A stretch of DNA of 23,702 nt, taken from the NCBI GenBank assembly GCA_034670305.1, contig JAXMNT010000078.1, forward strand, positions 1-23,702. Direction: 5' to 3'. The notes under the pieces were generated by a model, which did not search any database, was not told the DNA's origin, and was given only the letters and a program-made list of their open reading frames with translations. Below are positions 6,590 through 13,824 of this stretch, piece by piece (the stretch's first letter is position 1; each line of letters starts with the position of its first letter). The translations under genes and the position numbers were made by a program. This DNA comes from Deltaproteobacteria bacterium (GTDB taxonomy: Bacteria > Myxococcota_A > Polyangia > Polyangiales > Houyiibacteriaceae).

Positions 6590-9500
6590 CTATTCGGTGA
6601 GCTCGCGGGACTGGATGACGTTGTAGATGCGTTCGAGTCCACGATCCTGATCGGTCAGGAACTCATGCGCGGTGGTCAGCACCGCGCGGTGGTCGTCGCT
6701 GCGCAGACTCGTGCCGAGTCCGGGATCGACCCGGTTCACTTCCGCCACGACATCGAGAATGGTCTCGAGCGGTGTCTCGCCTCGGCCGCTCTCTGGGAGC
6801 GTCACGAGGTTGGAGAGGATCGCGGGCAGGGTGTGTCGGTCGTCGATGTCCGCCATCGCGCGCATCAAGTCCATGGTCTCGTCGAGCGCGCTTCCGCTGA
6901 GCGAGAGGGTGGCTGGGTCCACGTTGCCACCAGCGGCGGCGACGTCGCGCACGCCGGGGACCATGCCTTCGGAGAGCACGTGGAGCAGCGGCACGAGGTT
7001 CAGATCGTCTTCGAGCACCTGCATCAGATCCGCGGTTGAGACGACCATCGTGTCGAACGCATCGAAGCCGGACGCCTCGCTCATCAGGTACTGCATCATG
7101 CCGGCGAGCTCTTCTTTGGCCGGTTCGTCGCGTTGCACCGCTTCGAGAAACGCCATCGACGCGGCGCCCACCGAGGAGCCCATCGAGTCCTCGACGCGGC
7201 CGGCGAGCCCGCGCGCCCACGGGACCAGATCCCCGGTGCGGCGGTGGTCGTCGATGCGCGCTTGCAGGAACGGCACGAGTACCCGGGCGAGCCCGTAGGT
7301 GCGGCGGTTGGCGAGCTCGTAGGTGCCCCGGCGACCAGGCGGCTCGCGGGTGGTCAGCAGCTGGTCCACCAGATCGCTCCGGCCCGATCGCCAGCGCACG
7401 AGCCGGTCCGGATCGCTCGCGGCGAACGCGTCGTCGAAGCTGCTGAGCGAGTCGAGCACGAGATGCAGCGGCGTGTTCGGAATCGGGGTGCCGCCGTTGG
7501 TGGCGGTCGTAGGCAACCCGGCCCGGTTGACGAGGCCCGGGCTGAGTTGCGGGTTCACCGCCGCTTCGGTGGCGGCGGCGAGGGTCTGGAACCCATCGAG
7601 CCCCGGTCGCACTTCGGTCGCGCCCAGCACCTGGCCGAGATCGTAGAGCCGGCGAATCATGCCGCCGGCGAGCTCGGGGTCGCAGCGCCCATCGGGGGCG
7701 TAGTCGCAGTCCGCGAAGAGGTTGGCGACGATGGGTTCATAGCTGCGGCCGTTGTCGTGGTGCGCGAAGAAGGGCGCGCTCGGGTCGGCGTCCTGGGTCA
7801 TGTCGGTGCCGCTCGAGGGCCAGTGGGTGTGAAGCGACGTGATGAGTTCGGTGAACAAGAACCGGCCGTCGGTGCGGCGGTCGAAGGTGTCGAACGCTTC
7901 GAGCAGCGGGCTCATCGCGTCGTAGAAGCTGACCTCCTCGGCATCTGCGCAGACGGTGCCGGGCGCGACCAACGCGTCCCCGCAGAACCGGAAGTTGCGC
8001 TCCCACGCGAAGATGACCGGGTCCGCGTGGCGATCGACCATCACCGCGCCGTCGCGGGTGAGCGGCGGATCCACCAGGGCTTCGAGGAACTCGTTGCCCT
8101 CGCGGGTGTAGACCATGCGCGCGAGCGCCTGCGGGGTCGGACGCCTCGTCAATCCGTCGATGCCGCTCGACTCTTCGAGGGTCGCATCCGCGTCGATGCC
8201 AAGGCTGCCACCGACCTCGAGCAGCACGCCGAGGAACTCGTCTTTGATCTCGAGTTCGTAGCGGCCGATGATCGAGAGCGCGAAGGCTTGCGCGACGTCG
8301 GTGATCTCGAGCAGCTCACACTCGTCGTAGCTCCCGCCGAAGAGCGGGTAGGTGACGTTGAGTCCGAAGAGCCGAAGCCGAAGGCGCGCGCCGTCTTTGT
8401 TGCAGACCCGCACGTAGCCGAGGTCGTGAATCGCACTGATGGAGCGCTGGAAGATGCTCATGTTGCCCGGTCCATCGGGCGCGCCGCGATCGACTTCGTC
8501 GGTCCACACCTGGTCGGTGAGCTGGCGGTTGATGTCCGCTGGATCGAGCGCGATGGGATCGCGGAAGCGCATCATCTCGGCGTAGATCGTGCCGAGGCGT
8601 TTGCTGCGGGGGTCGGCGAGGGCGCGGAGGGTGCCCTCCATCATGCCGGGCTCCTGGGTCATCCATTGCGCGACCTGAATCACGTCGTCCCAGAGTTCGC
8701 TCTCCGGGGGAATGGACGCGTCGGGTGTGGCCTCGGCGACCGCATCGGCGACCAAGCCGCCGCGGATGAGCGCGGCGATCTCCGGCTCGTGATCCGTCAT
8801 CAGCAGGTCGACCAGCGTGAGCGCGTCGTTGGTCTCGGGGCGGTGGAGCAGCTCGCCAGTGGCGTAGAGCAGATCGAACATGGGGCCGCGGGCGGTGTCG
8901 TAGCCCATGTAGCGCGCGTTCACCGGACCGAGGTCTTCGGTCTGCATGGTGGGCGGCCCCATCAGGACCGGCAGTCCGTACGCCATGTTCAGGAGCGTGG
9001 GCTGGTCTGGGTCGAGCCAGGGCGCCGCGTCGCGCGAGAGGCCGGCGAGCAAGCTCTGGTTCACGTCGATGTACCGGTAGAGCGCGCTCGAGTCGGCGCG
9101 CAATGCGCGTCCCGCCGGTCCGCGGAGCACGGTGTCGGGCTCGGTGATGGTCGCGAACGGGGAGGGCACTTCGAGCAGGCCGCCGCTCGTCGACAGAAAA
9201 CGGCCGAGCGGATCGACGTCCGCGAGTCCGTCTCGATCCATGTCGGCGAAGGGCGGCGGCACCGATCCATCGGCGCTCGCGGGCACGACCAGGCCGCGCC
9301 CGTCGCGCACCGCCATGAAGTGCGCGTTGCCGTCACCGAATTCGGCTCGGGTGGAGAACAGGAGCTGCCGGGTGAGCTCGAGGGTGCTCGGACCGTCTTC
9401 GGGCACGCTGTCTTCCGCGGTCGCCATGTCGAGCGCGATCGCGCCGACGAGCTGGTTCCATTCGGCCTCGGCCGACCCACCCGGCGCGAGTGCGCCGAGC

Positions 9501-10072
9501 GCGGTGTCGGTGAGTTCGACGATGCGCGGGTAGGAGAGAGCGGGCCGGGCGACGCCGAGCGCGACGCGCGAAGATCGGTATCCGAGCCGAGTGCTGACCC
9601 GCTCGAGCGCGCCGATGGCTTCGTCGTCGGCCACGAGTTTGTCGAACAGATCGGCGAGCGCCCGAGTCTGGCTCGGGAGCCGTTCGTCCGGCGGGTCGTA
9701 GAACGGAATCAGCTGACCGGTGAAGTGGTCGAGGTCGTCTTCGAGTGTCTCGGGAAACGCCACCTCGAGCGCGGGCACGAGTCGGCCCCGCATCTCCGCC
9801 ATCACCCGGAGCCGTTCGGTCGGTGCGGTGGAGGCGTCGACTTGGCCGCGGCAGAGTGCCTTGGTCGACTCGCCGGTCACGTCGGTCGGCACCTCGCTCG
9901 AGGCCAGCCGCTGACAGAAGACGTAGTACATCTCGGCGCCAAGGCTTTGCCGAACGGCCGTCACCCGTTCGGTGTCGAAGTCGTGCGAGCAGCTCGGTCC
10001 CGCCAGGATCAGCAGACCGAGAAACCACGGAAGCGGCACACGCCGGACGGCGCGTTTGCGAAGAGAAGACAT
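6590..10072 (-). CDS. Large (~1160 aa) hypothetical lipoprotein
   Basis: Long ORF with normal amino-acid composition. Basic N-terminus, hydrophobic stretch and Cys (LLILAGPSC); Ca-binding-like DMDRDGLADVD. Start ATG 10072 is uncertain. Confidence 0.8.
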   Translation of the reverse strand: MSSLRKRAVRRVPLPWFLGLLILAGPSCSHDFDTERVTAVRQSLGAEMYYVFCQRLASSEVPTDVTGESTKALCRGQVDASTAPTERLRVMAEMRGRLVPALEVAFPETLEDDLDHFTGQLIPFYDPPDERLPSQTRALADLFDKLVADDEAIGALERVSTRLGYRSSRVALGVARPALSYPRIVELTDTALGALAPGGSAEAEWNQLVGAIALDMATAEDSVPEDGPSTLELTRQLLFSTRAEFGDGNAHFMAVRDGRGLVVPASADGSVPPPFADMDRDGLADVDPLGRFLSTSGGLLEVPSPFATITEPDTVLRGPAGRALRADSSALYRYIDVNQSLLAGLSRDAAPWLDPDQPTLLNMAYGLPVLMGPPTMQTEDLGPVNARYMGYDTARGPMFDLLYATGELLHRPETNDALTLVDLLMTDHEPEIAALIRGGLVADAVAEATPDASIPPESELWDDVIQVAQWMTQEPGMMEGTLRALADPRSKRLGTIYAEMMRFRDPIALDPADINRQLTDQVWTDEVDRGAPDGPGNMSIFQRSISAIHDLGYVRVCNKDGARLRLRLFGLNVTYPLFGGSYDECELLEITDVAQAFALSIIGRYELEIKDEFLGVLLEVGGSLGIDADATLEESSGIDGLTRRPTPQALARMVYTREGNEFLEALVDPPLTRDGAVMVDRHADPVIFAWERNFRFCGDALVAPGTVCADAEEVSFYDAMSPLLEAFDTFDRRTDGRFLFTELITSLHTHWPSSGTDMTQDADPSAPFFAHHDNGRSYEPIVANLFADCDYAPDGRCDPELAGGMIRRLYDLGQVLGATEVRPGLDGFQTLAAATEAAVNPQLSPGLVNRAGLPTTATNGGTPIPNTPLHLVLDSLSSFDDAFAASDPDRLVRWRSGRSDLVDQLLTTREPPGRRGTYELANRRTYGLARVLVPFLQARIDDHRRTGDLVPWARGLAGRVEDSMGSSVGAASMAFLEAVQRDEPAKEELAGMMQYLMSEASGFDAFDTMVVSTADLMQVLEDDLNLVPLLHVLSEGMVPGVRDVAAAGGNVDPATLSLSGSALDETMDLMRAMADIDDRHTLPAILSNLVTLPESGRGETPLETILDVVAEVNRVDPGLGTSLRSDDHRAVLTTAHEFLTDQDRGLERIYNVIQSRELTE

Positions 10073-10215
10073 CGAAACCCCTGAGACACCGTGAGACCCC
10101 TGCGGTGCAAGGGCCGCGGCTCCCCGCACCCGAGCGGGGAGACACCTGGTCAATCTATCAGTGCACAGGCGGGCGGGTCGAGGGCGGCGTGCTCAGTCGG
10201 GACCGGCGATGCTCA

Positions 10216-10544
10216 GCCGATGCCGACGCCGATGCTGACGCCGAATCCGAATCCGAAGCCGACGCCGACGCCGATGCCGATGCCGAAGCCGACGGCGACG
10301 CCGATGCCGATGCCGATGCCGAGCCGAATCCGACGACGAAGCCGATGCCGATGCGGATGCCGATGCCGATGCCGATGCCGATGCCGGAGCCGAAGCCGAC
10401 GCCGATGCCGATGCCGATGCCGACGCCGAATCCGATGCCGGAGCCGATGCCGATGCCGATGCCGATGCCGATGCCGACGCCGATGCCGAAGCCGAAGCCG
10501 AAGCCGATGCCGAAGCCGATGCCGACGCCGAATCCGAAACCGAC
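10216..10544 (+). repeat. Heterogeneous hexamer array B2 (GCCGAT/GCCGAC/GCCGAA/TCCGAA), about 54 units
   Basis: Read directly; lies between divergently transcribed genes and ends about 20 nt before ATG 10564. Confidence 0.95.
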
Positions 10545-10563
10545 CAGGGTATGCTCGGCGCCT

Positions 10564-12570
10564 ATGTCGCACTCGATCTGGAAGTTGCTCGCGCTCCTTG
10601 GAACCACACTCTTCGTCTGGAGCCCGCCGAGCGCGCATGCGTTCTGTGGGTTCTACGTCGCGGGCGCGGAGGCGCCGCTCTACAACGACGCGACCATGGT
10701 CGTGCTCTTGCGCGAGGGCACGCACACGGTGCTGTCGATGCGGAACGACTACCAGGGGCCGCCGGAGAACTTCGCGATGGTCGTGCCGGTGCCAACGGTG
10801 CTCGCAGAGACGGACGTGCAGGCGCTCGACGCGGATGTGTTCGAACGCGTCGACCAACTCTCGGCGCCGCGGCTCGTCGAGTACTGGGAGCAGGACCCAT
10901 GTTTCGTGGGCGGGGGAGGCACTGGGGAAGGCACCATCGGTCTCGGCAACCTCGGCACCGTTGGTCATGGCGCCGGGTACGGTCGCGGAAGCGGCGCGTC
11001 GGTCACGGTCGAGGCGGAGTTCCAGGTCGCCGAGTACGAGATCGTGATCTTGAGCGCGCGCGACTCCGGCGGTCTCGACCGCTGGCTGCGCGACAACGGC
11101 TACCAGATCCCGGATGGCGCCGAAGCGGCCCTGCGGCCGTACGTGGAAGCGGGCACGAAGTTCTTCGTCGCCAAAGTCGACGTCTCCAAGGTCACCTTCG
11201 AAGACGGCCGCGCGATGCTCAGCCCGCTGCGCATGCACTACGAGAGCGAGACGTTCAGCCTGCCGGTGCGGCTCGGCATGCTCAACTCTTCGGGCACTCA
11301 GGATCTGATCGTGAACATTCTGGCGGACGACCAACGCTACGAAGTCGCGAACTACCCCAACGTCACCATCCCGACGAACCTCACGGTGACCGACGACGTG
11401 CGCGAACGGTTCGGCGAGGTGTACGCCGCCATCTTCGACGAGACGCTGGCGCGCAACCCAGGCTCGGTGGTGACGGAGTACGCGTGGCAGGCGTCGAGCT
11501 GCGATCCGTGTCCCGGGTCGACGAGTGGATTGAGCGGGCAGGATCTGCGGGTGCTCGGCTCCGGGGTCGCGACTGGTCAGATCATGAACGCGGGACTGCG
11601 GGCGGCGCGCGGGGCGGAGCTGGCGATGGTCCGGACCGGGGCTGGGCACGTGACGGAAGGTTTGTCGCGGGAAGTGGCCCGGCGGATCTTCCGGCGCCAC
11701 CTCAACGAAGTGAAGTCTTGCCACGAACGGCAGCTGGCGATCACCCCTGGCCTGACCGGGCGTCTGAACCTGGTCTTGCAGATCGAACCCGACGGGCGGG
11801 TGGGTGCGTCGGAGGTCCGCGGGTCGACCGTGAACGCCCTCGACGATTGCGTGGCTCAAGCGGCGCGGCGCTGGGTGTTCCCCCAACCCGAAGGGGGCCG
11901 GCAGGTGACGTACCATCAGCCGATCGTGTTCACGATCCAGCAGGCTGGCCGCGGGTACGGGTTCGGTGGGTTCGGTGGGTTCGGCGGCACGCCCAAGGTG
12001 CTGACCCGGCTGCACTACCGCTACGGCGACGGCACGCTGGGAGAAGACCTCGTGTTCCGGGAGGCGCCGCCGATCGTCGGCGGTCGCGAACACTTGGACG
12101 AGGAGGGCAACCTCTCTCAGGTCGCCGAACCGGTGGCGCAGGGCTCGAACAACTTCCAGGGGCGTTACGTGATCCGCCACGAGTGGGAGGGCGAGGTCGC
12201 GTGCGACAACCCGATTCGAGGGCGGTGGGGCGGACCGTGGCGGACGGACGACGCGCCGCCGCCTCCACACTCGACCTTGGCCGCGACAAACCTCGCCCAC
12301 GTGTCGCGCGGTTCGCTCACGCTCTCGAACCATCTGGCCAAACCGGTGCCGGCGCTCGCGATCACCGCGGCGGTGTTGGCTGGTGCGGGGGCGCCGGTGC
12401 CAGCGGCGAGCGGCGCGGTGGCGGCGGCGACCGATGTGACGCCGCTCGAGCGAGACCAGGAGTCGGACGGCGGGTGCGGGGGGTGCGCGACGGCGGGCAG
12501 TGGTGGTGTGCCGGCGGGGTTGGTGTTCGTGGTCGGGGTGGTGGCGATGGCGATGCGACGGAGACGCTGA
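10564..12570 (+). CDS. DUF2330 domain protein with an inserted AgmX/PglI-type TonB-C domain and a MYXO-CTERM-like tail
   Basis: Signal peptide ending AHA-FCGFYV. YQGPPENFAMVVPVP, SAPRLVEYWEQDPC and EYAWQASSCDPCPG are typical of DUF2330. GLSREVARRIFRRHLNEVKSCHERQL...WVFPQPEGG resembles the AgmX C-terminus. Tail is GGCGGCAT...hydrophobic...RRRR. Confidence 0.85.
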   Translation: MSHSIWKLLALLGTTLFVWSPPSAHAFCGFYVAGAEAPLYNDATMVVLLREGTHTVLSMRNDYQGPPENFAMVVPVPTVLAETDVQALDADVFERVDQLSAPRLVEYWEQDPCFVGGGGTGEGTIGLGNLGTVGHGAGYGRGSGASVTVEAEFQVAEYEIVILSARDSGGLDRWLRDNGYQIPDGAEAALRPYVEAGTKFFVAKVDVSKVTFEDGRAMLSPLRMHYESETFSLPVRLGMLNSSGTQDLIVNILADDQRYEVANYPNVTIPTNLTVTDDVRERFGEVYAAIFDETLARNPGSVVTEYAWQASSCDPCPGSTSGLSGQDLRVLGSGVATGQIMNAGLRAARGAELAMVRTGAGHVTEGLSREVARRIFRRHLNEVKSCHERQLAITPGLTGRLNLVLQIEPDGRVGASEVRGSTVNALDDCVAQAARRWVFPQPEGGRQVTYHQPIVFTIQQAGRGYGFGGFGGFGGTPKVLTRLHYRYGDGTLGEDLVFREAPPIVGGREHLDEEGNLSQVAEPVAQGSNNFQGRYVIRHEWEGEVACDNPIRGRWGGPWRTDDAPPPPHSTLAATNLAHVSRGSLTLSNHLAKPVPALAITAAVLAGAGAPVPAASGAVAAATDVTPLERDQESDGGCGGCATAGSGGVPAGLVFVVGVVAMAMRRRR

Positions 12571-12571
12571 C

Positions 12572-12713
12572 GCCTTCGGCCCGGCGCGAAGCGCGCCGCT
12601 TCGCTGGCGCGCTTCGCGCTTGCTCGTCCTTGACCCGCCACCCCGCCGACAGCTGGGGGCGCTGCGCGCCCTCGGGCGAGTTCACGCTCGGCGTACACAA
12701 CGGTAGGTTCTCG
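12572..12713 (+). promoter_or_regulatory. Conserved structured leader of four-helix-bundle gene 2
   Basis: GCCTTCGGCCC; perfect 14-bp stem GCGCGAAGCGCGCC/GGCGCGCTTCGCGC (12584-12619); CCTTGACCC (12628-12636); GGGGGCGCT (12655-12663); stem-loop; AGG before ATG. Collinear with 396-515. Confidence 0.65.
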
Positions 12714-13025
12714 ATGCTGGTATTCGACAAGTCGCTGCTTCTTCTCTCTTTGCTGGTGCGCGAGGTTCTGCCTCGCATTCGCGAGGCGTCGCTGAAGTCG
12801 CAGCTGCGGCGGGCGGCGCAGGCCGTTCCTCTGCTGATTGCGGAGTCGCGAAGCGCGCGCGGCGCGCGGAACCCGGACGGGTTCTCGCGGGCGCTTGGCG
12901 AAGCGCGTGAGGTGAAGGCGGCTCTGCAGGTCGCAGCGGTGATGGGGTACGTCGAGGCGGGCGCGGACGTGTACGACCTCGCGGACCACGTCTGCGCGAT
13001 GCTGTTCAAGCTGAGTCGGAACTGA
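12714..13025 (+). CDS. Four-helix-bundle protein (23S rRNA IVP / Avd-like family), 103 aa
   Basis: SLKSQLRRAAQAVPLLIAE, DGFSRALGEAREVKAAL, CAMLFKLS. Roughly 45-50% identical by eye to 516-827. It is hidden as the tail of the 824-aa track ORF. Confidence 0.83.
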   Translation: MLVFDKSLLLLSLLVREVLPRIREASLKSQLRRAAQAVPLLIAESRSARGARNPDGFSRALGEAREVKAALQVAAVMGYVEAGADVYDLADHVCAMLFKLSRN

Positions 13026-13029
13026 GCGG

Positions 13030-13069
13030 GGTGAGCGGAGCGTTTCGGGTTCGAGACGCTCCGCTCACC
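13030..13069. terminator. 18-bp hairpin directly after four-helix-bundle gene 2 (terminator or element end)
   Basis: GGTGAGCGGAGCGTTTCG-GGTT-CGAGACGCTCCGCTCACC with one G-U pair and no U-tract; lies between convergent units. Confidence 0.55.
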
Positions 13070-13076
13070 GGACTGG

Positions 13077-13364
13077 CTAGTCTACGTCTCGTGCTTCCCG
13101 CTCGTGAAGCTCCAACGCGAGTTGGCGAAACGTTTCGGTGTGCCTGGCAAGCTCCTGCCACCTGCCCCCGAACTCCATGCACCACTGCAGGGTGGCGTCG
13201 CCGTCGATGAGCAAATCTTCGATTAGGTAGTGATTTACGAGGCCTCGCCAGTTCGGTGAACGTAGGACCGAACCGTCTCCGGCGCTTCGACTCCCAGCTC
13301 CGGCGCCTCCAGGGTTGACTGCGGAGCACACGCGAAAAGCAGCAGGGAGCTCAACCAACCGCAC
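13077..13364 (-). pseudogene. Possible degenerate small gene or hypothetical protein
   Basis: 95-aa ORF with a protein-like C-terminal half. An alternative frame near the 5' end reads like a lipoprotein signal (WLSSLLLFAC). Composition looks less GC-rich by eye. Confidence 0.3.
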
Positions 13365-13365
13365 G

Positions 13366-13821
13366 CTATTCCGTGGGGAGGACTTCGGCGCGGATGGTGA
13401 TGACGCCGGCTCGGATCATGTCGAGGCGTTCGGCGGCGGCGCGGCTGAGATCGAGGATGCGGCTGTGGTCGCGGAAGGGGCCGCGGTCGTTGATGCGGAC
13501 GACGACGCTGGCGACGTCTTGGCCGTCGACGACGCGGACGACGCGGACGCGGGTGCCGAAGGGGAGGTCGCGGCTGGCTGCGGTGAGCTGGGTCGGGTCG
13601 TAGGGTTCGCCGCTCGCGGTGGAGCGGCCGGCGAGGGCGTCGGAGTAGTAGCTCGCGCGGCCTTCGAGGACCCGCTCGGGATCGGCACCGTTCTCGGACC
13701 CGGCACCGGTCCTCCCGCGGTCTTGGGCGGTGGCGCCGCCGCACGCGAGCGCGACGAGCAGTACGCAGGCGGAGAACCCGGCGGCGAAGGCGGTGCGTAT
13801 CACGTTCGAATCATGCCCCAT
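13366..13821 (-). CDS. rlpA: Septal ring lytic transglycosylase RlpA family protein (DPBB domain only)
   Basis: GRASYY...GRSTASGEPYD...LTAASRDLPFGTRVRV...VRINDRGPF...RILDLSRAAA; lipobox LVALAC. Start could be GTG 13803. Confidence 0.92.
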   Translation of the reverse strand: MGHDSNVIRTAFAAGFSACVLLVALACGGATAQDRGRTGAGSENGADPERVLEGRASYYSDALAGRSTASGEPYDPTQLTAASRDLPFGTRVRVVRVVDGQDVASVVVRINDRGPFRDHSRILDLSRAAAERLDMIRAGVITIRAEVLPTE

Positions 13822-13824
13822 GAA

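Noticed and set aside
7133-10084. Long antisense or alternative-frame ORFs (e.g. 7133-10084, 4477-6282, 13315-16047, 10213-12333, 627-2318)
   Set aside because: Shadow ORFs typical of high-GC DNA, overlapping genes with recognisable motifs.
9745-10563. N-terminal ADAD/PMPM extension of the DUF2330 ORF
   Set aside because: It arises from reading through the hexamer array; a proper signal peptide starts at ATG 10564.
516-13025. Diversity-generating retroelement or rRNA intervening sequence
   Set aside because: No reverse transcriptase, no template/variable repeat pair differing at adenines and no rRNA sequence were seen; only the Avd/IVP-like proteins are present.
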